64,000 nt of DNA from Vicugna vicugna (GCA_013265495.1 MU058824.1:3747111-3811110); one strand, 5' to 3'; counted from the stretch's first letter, positions 38,991 through 53,115 are shown. Program-made: numbers and translations. The notes: a model not told the origin generated them from the letters alone.

Positions 38991-41900
38991 CCTCTATTTC
39001 ATTTATGAGTGGCCCAAACAATTGGACCAGCTGATCCAATTTGCCAGAAAGAATGGCTGTGGGCCAAGTATTCTAGAATTTAGGACCTGTTTCCCACCTT
39101 TAAACAGATTTATAAGTAGCAATCCCTTTTTACAAGCTACTTGCTTTGGATCTTGGCATAGAGTTCATCTTAGAAGGTACTGGAAGTAGCATTGATCAAA
39201 GCTAGTTGTCCAAAGGGAGTTTTATTTCCTTTGTGTTTTTAATGCCAGAGATGGGAGTGTGCCTACATCTGCCCCAAATATCTTCCGGGACATAACCCTT
39301 GTGACAGTGCTAAGTGGAGGAGAACTCCAGGGTTGCCATCATCTAAATATCTGTGTGTTGGAGTGGATCCAAAACAATTTTGTAAGGAGATTCCTGTCCC
39401 TGCAGCAGGTAGTTGTTCTGCTCACCTCTCTAAGGCTTCAGCCCCAGGTCCCTGCCAGACCCCTCAGTGATGACAAGAGGGTGTCAGTGCTGCTCCCAGC
39501 TGGGTCTACACTGAACTGTGGACACAGAGGAGCTTCCCTCCTGCCTCTTGTTAGGAATCAAAATGCTTCCTGTTGCTATTAGTTTGGTTCAAAGAAGCAG
39601 TGTTTAGGGGTGATTGGAGAACATGGACTATATGAGTCTTGCATTTATTCTAAAATGATTCCCAGATGGGCCAGCTGAGTAACTGAACCACCTGTGCGGT
39701 CCCCCCAGAGTCATTTTTACAGAGTTGCACTTTGGGGGTGATGCCTGAACCTGCTGAGGGACACCCTAAGAAAAAACCTGTGTTCATCTTCCCTGGGTCT
39801 GGAGGAATTCATAATTTCTCAGCCCGCTCTTTAGGGAGGCCCAGGAGGACCCCTGCCTAGTCTGAGAGCACCGTGAGCAATGGGTAGTTTGCATCTCATG
39901 GACTCTGTAAAGTAACACACCAGGTTCCTCTTCTCCAGGTGGCATCGAGGAGAACCAGATGTGTTCTCTTCTATAGCAAATTCATAAGCCTCCAGCCTTG
40001 ATCTTGGCTTTGATGATGTGGAGAGTGTGGCATTTAAGCCCTGCTCCCATGGGCTCTGGAGCCAAACTGCCTGGGTTCAGTTCCAGTCCATCATCTACCA
40101 GCTGCATGATCTTGGGCAAATTCCCTGGCCTTGCTAAACCTCAGTTTCTTCATCTACAAAATGGGGGTAATGAGCGAGGGTCCCTGTGTAGTGCACCGCC
40201 CATGCGAGCCAGTCGACTATCATTAGTTCCATTCTACGCTCTCCTCTTGCTTTCCTTTCTGCCCTCCCTGCCTCCTTGCATTTTTTTGCACCATTGTGAG
40301 CTGCCGTAAATCTTTTCTGGAAAGTGATGAGGTATGAAAGAATGAGTGAATGAATAAATAAGGTTAATCCAACAATGTCTAACTAATAGGCACACTTATT
40401 TGGACATTCGTTTATTCTTCTCAAAATCTTTCATGTATCTTTTCTGATTTTATTGTGAAAATTCTTTTGCAGTGTTATTTTACCCCAAATCCTTATACAG
40501 AGATCCCTTGGCCTTCTTTTCAGGTATTAAATAGCTTGCAAAGATGTGGCTTTTGTGTGCATGTGCAAATGTTGAACTAATCCACAAATCCTCAGCAATG
40601 TCTTCCGTAGAGTTGAAGTAAGCGAGCAAGATAGGCTTTATCTTACCATGAAGTTCTGATTTTCAAAAGAAGTGTTGGGTGATAAAACTTCAGGCTTGTG
40701 TTCTGGAGGCCGGGCATAGCCATTTAAAACGAGGGAAAGGAAAGGATGAGAAGTGGATTGGAGCTAGTGCCTGTGGGATGCTAGGAGCCAGCCAGCGGAC
40801 ACTGGTGAGGATCTGGGCACGTCACCCAGATCTGCTGGAGCTCCCCACCTCAGACTTCAGGACTGCACTCACCTCAGGCAATGCCCCTGGGAAGGTAGAT
40901 TCAGTTGTCCTGCAGACAGACCAGAGAGCCACCAGGCAAGATGATTCTGTTCATGTCACAGAAAATGGAGAGAGGGGTGTGAAGTGGTTGAGGTGGGGGA
41001 TGGTGGGACTAAGCTGGAGAAGAATGCGTGGATTTGGGTGAGATGGGGTGAACACTGGAGGAGAGTAAGTGTAAGGACAGAGGAGGCTCTGAGTGGGGGA
41101 AACAGGGCTAGGTGAAGACTAAGGGGCTGGGAGAGAAGGGTCAGTGGGTGGTCCACATTTTGGTGAATGGTCAGGGCTTTTGCAGCCTTCCTGGGGTAGA
41201 GTCGGCTGTGCTGAAGGTAGCTGACTGGCCATGAGACCCTGCCCGTTGGCCATGGCCTTTCATGGCAACCGGTGCTCCTGTGCCCATGCATCTTGGGGAA
41301 AAAACCAGCTTCCACTACTGCTAGCAGCTTCTCTGCTGAAAGCTCTGCCGTCAACATTATTAGCATTTGTAGCTACATGATCTAGGTTGCAGTTCTATTA
41401 ATTGTGTGATCATGGGAAATTCACTTCATCTCTCTGTGCCTCAATTTCTGCATCTGCAGAAAGGAAGAGTAATAATGACAGTACCTCTGATTGAGTTGGA
41501 GCCAAGCTTGACATAAAAGCTGTGTCAGCAGCTAAGCACAGCCTGTGCAACTGAGCAGGGATTGGTACATGTACCCGTCCTGGATCTTCCTCAAGGCCCA
41601 CCCAGCACATAGCGTGTGTGTGTGTGTGTGGGGGTGTTGTTCTGTCCGTGTAAGGTGCTGAGAAGACCCCTGACTGCTTTCTTACCTGTGACCTTATTTG
41701 ATCCCTGTTCACAATTTTGGGATACAAAGGGCAGACAGACACTCTTATTCCCATCTTGCTAATGAAACAGTTGAGAGCCAGAGGAATGGAGCCTGTTTCT
41801 TTCCTGCGCCCAACTGCAAATGTTGCTTTTCCTGAAACCTGAGCTCTGATTTGGGCTAACTGACTTCCCTGCAGTGTCCCCCTGAGCCAGTCTTCCTCTC

Positions 41901-42254
41901 ATCAGATCTCAACTTCCCATCTGAAAATTGATGAATGGGGATACCCCCCCATCCTTTCCAGCTCAGATGCTCTCTGCAGCTGTGGGTCTGACACAGGAGG
42001 GCCTCAGTCCTTCTCTGAGCTGAGGAGAAGGGCAGGGTTCTAGATACATAGACAGGCACACAATTTCATGCATCCGGCCACCAGCTGTTGAATTCCCCAC
42101 CCAGGAAACTTGTGCCAGACACGCCACGTGATGCAGAGGTGTGCGGGGCACCCTGCAAGACAGATAAGGGCCTCCGGGGCCCACAGGTGCAGCCACCGCC
42201 CTGGTCAAGTCCAGGCAGTGCATGCTCATTGCCACTTACCTGACCAATATTCAG

Positions 42255-42464
42255 TTTATTTTTTTAATTTAAAAATGCTAATGGGTAGTACATGCAAATG
42301 CTAAAAATTTCAGACAATACCAAATGTCTACCGTGAAAAGTAAGTCTCCTCCTCACTCATTTTCTTCCTGCTACCCAGTTCCCCTCCTGGGAGGCAACTG
42401 CTGTTACCAGTTTATTCTGTATTCTTTAGAGATTTACATACAATACTTTGGTGAGGGTAAGGTT

Positions 42465-42506
<42 letters not shown>

Positions 42507-43200
42507 AAATATAAACTCCCCTCCTATTGTTGTTTTTGTTCTTTTCCATTAACAAATATTTTTTGGAGATTGTTCCATCTGGATAGAGTGCTGCTTCATT
42601 CTTTTTGACGGCCACATAGAATTCCATTCTATGGGGTGTCATAAGTTATTTAACAAGGCTCCTGTTGGTTGCTTCCAATCTTTTTCTTTTTCAAAAAAGG
42701 CTGCAGTGAGCATCCTTGTCCACATGAGACTATGCCTGCAGGACAAGCTCCCAGAAGTGGAATGGCTGCATCAGAGGACGTGCACTGTGAATTTTGAAAG
42801 ATAGAGCCCTTGCTCTTCAAAGAGGTTCCTCCCTGAAGTGAGAAGACCAGTTTCCCCATCTGCCCACACAGCATAGCATCAACCTTTTGACTAATTTGCT
42901 AATCTGAGAGATGAAAAAGGACGCAATTTGGTTTTAATGGGCTTTTCTCTTATTATGTGTGAAGTCTGGCTGCTGCTGCTGCTGCTTTTTTTTTTACATA
43001 TACTTTTTCTCCAGGAAAAATTTTAAATTTACAGAAAAATTGCAAAGAGAGTACACAAAATTCCCACATACTTCTCACCCAGTTTTCCCTATTGTTAATG
43101 TCACATACCCATGATCCACTTGTCAAAGCTAAGAAACCAACATTGGTACAATACTAATAACTAAACTCCAGACTTTACTTGGCTTTGAGCAGTTTTCACG
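42255..43200 (-). mobile_element. L1ME-like 3' fragment followed by an L1MC-like 3' end (about 42990-43200)
   Basis: aaagtaagtctcctcc, ctcccagaagtggaatggctgcatcagagg; ttttaaatttacagaaaaattgcaaag...taactaaactccagacttta. Confidence 0.7.
42467..42503. repeat. (TG)18 microsatellite
   Basis: Perfect dinucleotide run within an L1 fragment. Confidence 0.95.
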
Positions 43201-44058
43201 TTTTGGCAAAGGTGAGGTCAATGTGTAATCTGAAGGTGGCCTTACAGGTGCTGGAGCCACCCCCTTGAAGAGATCGTGGGTGCCTGTGATTTACATCATT
43301 CCCTGCACAGGCTTCCTGGGCTGGAAAGGCAGACTTGATGGAGAAATGACTACTGTTTCTCTCAGTTCCTTTGGGTGAAAAATTCGGTGGTTGCTTTTAA
43401 ATGGCCCCTAGTTGCTGTTCCATCAGCATGTTGATAGCTTTTGGTATTCCAGTAGAGGGAATAGGGCGTGCCAAAGCAGAGAGGTATGAAACTCCATCAG
43501 CTGTAAAAATTCCAGTGATACAAGTAGTACTTCTCCTATAGTAAAATGACACATTACAGATAAGTTTAAACTAACAGCTCCAATCTCAGTCCTTTCTTCT
43601 TCCCAGAGGCAACACTGCGGTTGCTTTGGTATGTATCCTGTCAGAACTTTTTCTGGAAAGCAGGGACTTTTCAGGGTATTGCCAGAGGTGGCAGGAGATG
43701 ACATGGTGCAGGCATTGGGAACTCTCCCCTTCTCTCTTTGCTCACATTCATGAAGTCTGTTAATGTCCATCCCTCCCATGCAGACAGCACTTTATGCTAA
43801 CAAGGAGCTTTGAGTGTCTTAGCAGCTCTGGGAGGAAGGCAGGGGCCGTCTTACAATACTCTTGTTGGGTAGACCAGAGGTAGCTGAGGCCCACGGCCAG
43901 TTGTACACAGGCAGAGTTGTACTTGAACTCACTGTTGTGGCTTCCTGAAGAATAACAGCAGTCTTATCAATAATGATGATGGCTAAGCTTGATCAAGTGC
44001 TGGTTACTCTGCACACAGTACTTCATTTAACCCTCAGAACCACTCTGTGAGCTTAATA

Positions 44059-44183
44059 CAGCCATCCCTGGTTGTCCGTGGAAGATGCGATCCAGGATAT
44101 CAAACCCCACGGATGTTCAAGCCGCTTGCGGTCTGCCCTCGGTGTCTGCAGATGCAGACCTTGCAGAAGAGGAGGGTTGCCTG
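44059..44183. mobile_element. 125-bp Tigger-family (MER2-like) MITE inserted in a MIR
   Basis: ta|cagccatccct...ggagggttgcctg|ta: imperfect TIRs with TA target duplication. Confidence 0.7.
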
Positions 44184-44719
44184 TACTGTCGTTAGACCGC
44201 TGGACAGACCAGGAAGCTGGGGCGTGAGGTGGGAGGCAGTGGGTCTGAGATGAGTCGAGCTGGGATTCTCTCCCAGTTGTGTCTACCTCCCCAGTCTGTT
44301 GGCTTCGCTGCCCCACTCCCCATCCCTCATATGTGCCTTTCCCGTACCTACAGCTGGTTTGCAATACGGTTTAGAGTGTTTCGGACATTTTCACTCTGTT
44401 ACTCACAGATCAGTGGTACCTGCACTTCTGTGCGTGTTCCTGCCTTATTTCTCCTAGGTCTGTGTCTCCGTCTGTCTCACATTAACCTGTTTTCAGGACT
44501 CATCAACTCACTGAGCCCAGGATCTCCTCTCATTGCATGTCTTTAGGATATTTCCCGAGCCAGGCATAAGGAACAGAGCAGATCAAAATCGAAAATCGCT
44601 CCCCTCACGGAGCCTCCATTCTCCTGGAACAAAGACGGTTTCTGACCTGAGGTCTGGATGCTTCTCCAGGTCCAAAGCTGATTATCCCTTTGCTGGGCTC
44701 TGAGCGTCCTGCCCGCTTG

Positions 44720-45590
44720 CAGTTTCCTGGAACAGTGGCACGTTCGTGTGTCTGTTCTAGAGGCCTCGGATGTTTCCCCCTCACGACCCGCCCCCCTCCT
44801 TCTGTCGCCCCGGGATGTCGCTGTGGGCCCGGGGCAGGTCCCCGGCTGCTCCCGGGGATCGTGCGCAGGCGTGATTTACCGCACCTCCGCGCGCCACATG
44901 TCTTTAAAATTACAGTGCCCATTTCCTGCTGAAATAATTTCCACGAAGAGTGACTCCTATTACCGCAAGAGGCGTGCAGACGTCATGATTTATTATTATT
45001 TATGGTCCCAAGGCCTTGTTTATGCAAGACGGGTTAGGTGCGTGCGATAGAAATGCCATTATGCAAATGACATTGAATGTCCTTACTGCGCCTAAATAAT
45101 TTTTGTGTTGGACGATTAAACCTCATCTGTTATTGATATGGGCTGCAGTCGGGCTATTACAGAGTCCCAACAGTACTTACTCCCAGTAATGGGAAAATTG
45201 AGAGAGAGAGACCAACACAATTGCCTCAAGTGGGCCGTGATGGTCTGGAAGGAGTAGAACATCTCGGAGGCCTGTGCGGAGGGAGCCTGCAGACTCCGCG
45301 GATAAATAAGGGAGGCCGCGCCTCGCAGTGAATTATGCCTCAGGTTTGAGTGGGTGCCTTGGAGGATTTGTGGCCTTCCAGTAGTGTGATTTAGTTATTT
45401 GATTTAGCCTGGGGATTGGGCAGCCCCACGCCGAATTCCAGGGTGGCCCCCGTGCCATCGTGAAGGGGAGGGCGAATTGAAGGAGGGTGGCTGCGGACGA
45501 CACTGGGCATCCAATCTGCTGCGCCAACGCCACAGCGGCCTGCAGCCCGGCCCGTGCAATCACCCGCCTTCCAAAGTGCGCTCCCTCTCT
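44720..45590. promoter_or_regulatory. Weak CpG-rich island / putative enhancer in intron 6
   Basis: Locally elevated CpG, no recognisable repeat, octamer ATGCAAAT at 45061 and TGATTTA(T/C) motifs. Confidence 0.6.
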
Positions 45591-48500
45591 CTCTCTCTCT
45601 TGTTCTTGCTCTTTTTTTGACACAGCTGTGAAGTCCCATTTTGATCAGTGTTGATAGCTTATGAATTCCAAAATTGACAAAATTTACAGAAAAATGAGGA
45701 TAATCCATCTTCCTTAGCAGCCTGTCAGGAGCTGGCCATACTTCATAATCTCCAATTACAGATGCTATTTTCCGACATTTACATGCAGATATTAGAACCA
45801 AATGAAAATGAGAAACAAAGAAAGAATGGAAATGCAGCTATTTATATGTATAAAAGACAAACAGGTAAATTCGAGACATTTAGATTGGATTTGGGGTCCC
45901 TTCAGGAGGCTGGAAAGAGACAGCTTTGAGCACGTGGGGTTTCAGAATAAAATGGTAAGACACGTGGCCTCACCAGGCCTGCCCGTGGTCTGGCAGCTTG
46001 AGTTAAAAATGGGTCAGTTCTGCTGGGACAGCTGGGGATGCTTGATTTGGGTGGGGGCACGTAGGGCATCCCCTAGGGTTTTAGAGAGTCCCTGGGGAAG
46101 CACCCAGAGCTCATGCTAAGCCATCAAGTCCACATATATTTCACAAATGAGTGAGTTTAGAACCTTCAATATTCATTTTTTAAAAAGATGGTGTGTGGGG
46201 GTGGGGGAGGGGAGGCAGGAAATGCCACTGGAGTCAGCTGCCTCTCCAAGGCAACTTTCAAAAAGTTGGCATATTCTGGTGACCAGTTCATCAACTCCCC
46301 GAGTAGAAGATGTGTGAAGATACCACTGTTTGTCACAAGGCTCTGGCCAGGTGCACAGGGAGTTGCACCAATAAACTTATAAAATGGGATATAAATAATA
46401 AAATTAATGGAGAGAGAAGGAGTTCTGACATATAGATCATCCGCTTCAGTCTCGGCTAATCTGGCTGAGAGAGGAGGGTCTGGGAGGAGGCTTTGTAATG
46501 AAAATGTTCTTCCCATAAAATTGAAGGGAGAACAGCCTTGTTGCCCTCGCAGCTGTATGTGGCACTGGCTTCTGGAAAGCCAGGGATATTAATTAGCACT
46601 GCTTTGGATTAAACTCTTCCAACCATGTCGGATGGTACGATTTTTTCTCTTTGTGAGCTTGACACGGGTGGCAGGCAAAAGTCTGCCTGGGTTTTCCCAG
46701 CTCACTATTATTACTGAACTTTTCCTTTTATTTGGGGGATCAAACCTCTTTCTCTCCTGGAAATGAAAATGTGAGAGTTAAGGGTTTTCCTGGGCAGCTG
46801 GGTTTTCCAGAGGCTGTTGTGTTGGAGCAGACAGAGGAGGTTGAGATGGTTGCATGGGGAGATGTGAACACCTCTGCCTTTGGCTTGGAAGCTTTTGTTT
46901 ATTTGTGGGAAGCCTCTTCCTAGCCAGCAGTTTTATATTATTTGAGGTTTGATTTGTGGAAGAGAGGTGAAGGGAATAAAACCAGGAGGCTAAATTTAAC
47001 GTGTGAGGGGGCGGGGCGGAGGCGAAAGAGAGAGAGAGAGAGAAATTGTTAAAAAATCAAGCTCAAACCAAACCTTCAGGAGTGTGTTTGTTTACACGTC
47101 CAGTCTCAAGGCCAATGGCTTGCTTGTTTAAGTAAATTATAGGTATTGGCACAAAGAATGGTTATCACGCTTTCTTTCCGGGTACGAAATGCAAGATTCA
47201 TGGCATTAACACATAACTGCAGAGTGCAAACATATTTTCAGTAATTAAAAGCAAAAGCTCTTAAGTTAACCTTGATAAAGAGGCATATAAACAGAAACAC
47301 CATTGCTATTGTGCTGGTTTTGTCTCTGTTATTTACATTAGCTAAAATTTGGGCTTACGCGTAATAGCTCAGACCTAAGCCTAGTGTCTCCTTCCTTTGG
47401 CTTCTGATCTTTCTAAAAGCCAGAATGTTGCCTTCAGTAAAGAACCCAGCACTTGAACCAAACAAGCGAACAAGTCCAATGCCTGATTTTCCCTTAACAG
47501 TGCTGACAATGTCACATGTTTTCGTTTATTTCTCTGTTGTGTCCCACTAATATTAAGACAACTTGCTAATGCCGACATAAATCTGAGCATGGCTGTCCTC
47601 TGAGTGTATCATTTAGGCTGCCCTCTGAGACTGAGTGACGAGAATAAAGGATGAAGGCAACACCATCTACGGCTGAACCCATTTGGAAACATTTCCTACA
47701 GGAGGTTGTTCTCAAGCCGGGACGTGAAGGAGTAGATAGCCAAGGACTGGAGGAGAGGACAAGAAAGGGCATTCAGGGAGGAGGAATGTTCTTGTCACAG
47801 GTGGAGGTCAGGAGCAGGCAGATGTCTGAGGGGGTCGTGAGGGCTGTAGAGATGTTCTGGCCTAGCCCTGGGCCTCCCTCTCCTGGGCCCAGGACCCCAT
47901 CGGGACGCACTGCAGAATCGTGGTGAAGAACAGAGACTTTGGGATCAGACAGAACCTGAGTCTAACACCTCCTTTGCAGCTCACTCCACTCCCTGGTCTC
48001 AGTTTTCTCATCTGTACCAGGATGGATTTTGACGATGGTGGAGGACGGTGGTGTCTGGTGGCATTCAGGATCTCAGACTTGGAGTCCCACTGCTGGGGGT
48101 GATGATTTGGACACGCTATTTTGGCCCCTTATGCCTCATTTTCATCATCTGTAAGGTGGGGATAATAATATTTACACAATAGGGTCATTCTAAAGATTAA
48201 ATAAATGAATGCGTTTTAATACCTAGAACAGTAGCTGGAGTGTAGTAAGCATCCGGGAAATGCAAGGACTCCTGACTCCTTCTGTGCCTGACGGTTCAGG
48301 TGAGAGCTGGTAGAGTCTTCTGTATTGGACTCCAAATTAGCTGTGGGAGGCCCACTCCTCTCAGCCTTCTTTTTCTGGTGCTTCTTGCATGGTGTCTGGC
48401 TCTAGCAAATCTTGGTGACAAAGAGGGCACACCCTCCCAAGGGTACCTGTTTGCCTTTTCAGAATATGGCCTGTTAGAAGGTTCTTTCTGGTGAGGAGCA

Positions 48501-51029
48501 GAAGGGGCAGAGATGTGGCCTTTGGCCTGAGGTGTGTGCATATTTGAGTGTGTGCACACATATATGTGTCACCACTCAGCAGCCGCAGGGCAGAGGTGAG
48601 AGGAGGAGCATCTGAGCTCACCCCCTACACACATTGATCTTGCAGTACAGAGGGAAATCTTTTCATTTCTTTATGGCCCCGGGATAACCTTTCTGTCTTC
48701 TCGCAGTTGGGAAATAAATCCAAAAGAATGTGAGCTCTGAGCATCTTGGGATGTCCCACATGCCTACACCAGGTACCTCAGGATGGGAGGGCCTCCCTTT
48801 GCCCCTGTTCAGGCCCCTTGGTAGCCAAGAAGTCTCCATTCCTTTGGGGGTAGTGGGCCTCCCTGCCCGCCTCCCTTCCCTGTAGCAGGAGGGGACAGCC
48901 AGGCCCCACCATGGACCCCCTGAAAGAAGCTGGTGGAATTTGGCTGCCCCAAGATGGAACTTTGTTTTTGGAACTCTTGTTCCTTTTCTCCACATCAAGA
49001 TTTGGATGGCAGGTCCTGAACTGACCCTGGGGCTCCCCAAACAGGGGGTGCTCCCATCCCTCCTCCACATGATTTCCTCCACTGCGTCTTCGTATCATTC
49101 AGGAGGCCTGGGCTGCTGGGTCCTGGCTCTCATCCTCCAGCCGTAGAGCTTTGTGCTCCAGGTCTTGTCATTTCTTCTCTTGCATTTGGGAGAACAAGAG
49201 CTGGAATGCTCTGAGCCTTGTCTTCCTGCACTTACAGATTTCTCAGGGTGCAGGGTAGGCCCCAGATTCCTTTGCTCCTTCCCTCCCTCAGCTTCACTCA
49301 AAATACTTCCTGCCCAGGCCCAGGGACCCAGATTCAAATCAGGCAGCCCGTAGGAGCCTCCTCATCTCAAAGGGAGAGCAGAGATGGTGCCAAATGACTG
49401 GGATACGGTAGCATGGGACAGGTGTCCTAAATGACGTACAGGGGAGATGCTAGGGGAATTCAGAGAAAGGAGTGATTTATTTCAACCAGAGAGACTTATG
49501 GAAAGCATCCAGGAGGAGATGGCATTTGAACTGGGCCTTAGAGGACAAGGATTTGGACTGGGATGAGGATGGAAAACAGTGTAAGCAAAGGCATTGAGTG
49601 GAATGACTGGGCGCTTAGTAGTGAGTGTATGTGTGGTGTGGCCGTAGCAGAGGGTGGTGTTCTGGAAGTCGGTAGATTCAAGTTGAAGTTGGAAAAGGAG
49701 GTTGGGATTTGGATTGGGGCCTGTGTTGTTTGTGTCAACATTACTGGAGGCAATGAGAAGCCAGGGAGGGTTTATAAGCACAGAGTATTCTGGCTTGCAG
49801 ATAGCACACTGGTTAGGAGTGGGAGAAAATGAATGCCTTTTTTAAAAAATTGCATACAAAATCATTTTCCATGTCAAGTGAGCTTGTGATGAGCTCTGTG
49901 TTGACTGTGAGAACCGCCTGAGTTAATCAGGTGATGAGGTGACAAGAAAAGCAGAAGCTTCTTATGTCCGAGAGGGGAGCAAGGGCCCCAGACAGCACAC
50001 CGAAGTGGGGAGGCCTTAGTGCTTTGTCAGAGCCAGAGCTGCGTGGCCACGGAGTGGCCGCCTCAGGAAGCAGGGAGTTCCCCGTTGCTGGTGAGTTTCA
50101 AGCATCGGTCAAAGATCAGCATCTAGAACCCCTGAGCTCCTTTGGGCCCTGAGATCTGGGGCGCACCAAGATTCTCTAAGTGGCCAGGGTCAGGGGAGAG
50201 GGGGACCGCCTGATTAGTCATTGCTGAAGAAGTTTCTTCTGGACAGAAACAGCAACATCTGATTTTGGTCTCCTCCCTGGGGCTTCCCCTGCTATCCCAC
50301 ACCACCTGGGAGTGACTGGAGGGGTGCCTGGCAGGCTGTAGACAGAGTAGGGAGAGATGAGTCAGTTAAACTATGCAAGTCTCTTCTTGGAAGCCCCTTG
50401 ATTCCACTGCAGACCATGCTGATCCAAGCACGGGCACAGTTCTGGAGAACCAAATGAATAGCAAGCGCGTCTCATTCATGCCTATCACGTGCTTTCTGAT
50501 GAATAAAAGCACTTCGAGATCACTTACCCTCCCAGTGACCCTGGGAAGCACCTCTGATGCTATTGGAAGAGCCAGGCCATGGTACCTGTCCCAGTTCATT
50601 TGGTTCCACAGGCATTTATGTCACATCTGTTCAGAGCTGGGCACTGGGCCAGGAGCTGCCATCACAAAGATGAGGGAGACACAGCCCTATCCTCATGAAG
50701 TTCACACTGTAGTTGGGGAATGAGGGCCCTGAACAATTAAGCATGCAATGCAGAGTGATAAGTGCAGTGGTAGAGATATGCCCACTTAGGGGTTCTAGGA
50801 ACACAGAGGAGGGGAAATCAGGGAGGGCTTCCTGGAAGACGGAGGCCATTCAGAATTCTTGGCAGTTCTTCCCTTAGTTGATACTAATGGTAGTGCTTTG
50901 TAGATTATGGAGTACTTTTACAGGCATCATTCATAGTCTCTCCATTCAGCAAATATTTCTTTTTGAAGTTTGATTCATCCTTATTTGGTTGGCTTAGTGG
51001 GGATGAAATGCTAAAACCTTGTTGTTGGT

Positions 51030-51215
51030 TTTTTTAACTCTTTTTAAAAATTAAACCTTTTATTTTGAGATTATTGTAGACTAAACTGAAGTGGTAAAAA
51101 GTAACACAAAGGGATCCCATATACCTTTATCCAGTTCCTCCCAGTTACAACATCTTGCAAAATCATCCTGGAATATTGGTGTTGATAAACTCACTGGGAT
51201 ATTGGTGTTGATTGG
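51030..51215 (-). mobile_element. L1MD/MC-like 3' end fragment
   Basis: ttttattttgagattattgtagact...gggatcccatatacctttatccagttcctccca. Confidence 0.6.
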
Positions 51216-52284
51216 CTCTGAGGACTAAAACATGAGAATAAAAAGACCTGCCCTCAGGACTTGACATTCTTATCACTCCCTGTGTGCCTTCCCATGACCC
51301 TGTGAGGAGGGTCCTAGATCCCCATGTTACAAATGAGAAAAGGGGCCGAGAATGTGAGGTGCCTGGCCTAGTTGCTCACAGCACGGACTTGGCTGTGTCA
51401 GACTTGAAATGCGTCCTCCTGGCCCCAGGGCTGGTGGGCTTCCACAGCCACACTCCTGCCTGATGCCTGCCAGGCCTCTGAATTCAGGGGCCTGGGTAGA
51501 ATGGCAGTACCTTCACCAACCCAGAGAGTGTAGCCCAAGCCCAGCCTCAGCCACGTCAGGGAGAAGCCCATCCACGTGGTGAGGACCCACATGTGCGGGG
51601 CACAGACCCCGGGGAGGCCTCAGAGCTAGAAGGGCCCCGTGGTTCTGGTCTGCCTCCCTCATTTAGAAGATGAGGCCTCGAGAGGGGAGAGGTCTGCCCC
51701 CGGTTGCCCGGGAGTCCAAGGCCAGGCTGCGTCTCCAGGCTCCCTGACAATCAGTTTAACTCATTGAAATCAACAGGTGCAGTTTTGTGTTCCCAGGTTT
51801 AAAAAGTGTGGAACTTTGCTCCTTCTTGCCTGCAGATTCAGAGCTCTTCCAGGAATGGGGTTCCATGTGTGGCTAGGGGACTTCATAGAGGAGAAGGTCC
51901 CACCCTAACTGACTGAGCTTTGCCCTCAGGGCTGAGGGTGAAGTCTTCTTGAATTCTAACTCTGCTTCTAGGGTGATAGGCCATCACTGGGCTTGGAGTT
52001 GGCACATCTAGGTCCCCTCTCTGAGCTCCATCTCTGTCCTCACACCCCAGAATTCCCAAGGACGTAATGGACTTACAAGGACTTTGCAAACTGGAGAGTG
52101 CCAGGCAGACAAGAGGCCTCATGTTCTTGTGTTTGGAACCGGGGGTCCCTGAAGATGCAGGAATTCAAGAGAGCAAACTCCTGGCTGCTCTTGGCCCCTT
52201 CAGTCCTCTCATTATTCCACAGGTGTCTGTAGGACAGCTGGTGGGCGCCCACGAGTGGTGCCATGAGTCAAGTTTGTGCTGTTT

Positions 52285-53115
52285 GGGTTTTTTTTACTTT
52301 AATTATGGAAAATTTCTAAAGTAGATGGAATAGCCTAATCAACCTCTAAGCACCCGTCACCCAGATTCAACAGTTATCGACTCCAGGCTTGCTTCATTGA
52401 TAGCCCTGCTTCCCCTTTCTACTTTACTCTTTAACAACTTTATTGAAGTATAATTTTTATATCACAAAATTCACTCGTTTGAAATATATGAGTCAGTGAT
52501 TTTTAGCAGTTCTTAGAATTGTACCACTAATACCACAGCCCAGTTTTGGAACAGTTCCATCACTCCAACAGGAGCCCTGGTTGGGTTTATAGTTAATCCT
52601 CTCCCCACCCCAGTGCCAGCCAACCCTTGCTCCACCTTCTGTGTGGAGATTTGCCAGTTCTGGACATTCCACTTATATCTGGCTTCTTTCAACTAGCGTC
52701 CTTTGAGGTTCACCCATGTTCTCACCTGTCTCAGTACCTTGTTCCTTCTCACTGTTGACTAGCTTGCCATCACACACACATACCACCTTTGGTCAACCAC
52801 GCTTTATTTTGAAGCAAACTCCAGACATCACATCACTCTGTAACTATTTTAGAATGACTCTCTGCAAGATGAGGCCTTAAAAAGCATAGCCGTGATCCAT
52901 GATACCATCATCACACCTAAAAAGTTAGTCAGTCCCATCATGTCCTCAAATACCCAATCGATGTTTGCATTTCCAATCGTTTCATCATATGTCATAGTAT
53001 TTTTTTTTACAGTTGTAGTTTTTACAGCTTGTTTGTTGGAATCGGGGTCCACATTGCAATCCAACTGTTGTGTCTCTAAGTCTCCTGTAATTTATAGAAT
53101 TTCCCTCCATCTGTC
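52285..53115 (-). mobile_element. L1MC-like 3' end with a nested L1MB-like 3' end (about 52420-52800)
   Basis: The outer element (attatggaaaatttc...cacccagattcaacagttatc / tattttgaagcaaactccagacatca) is split by actttattgaagtataatttttatatcacaaaattcactc... Confidence 0.65.
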
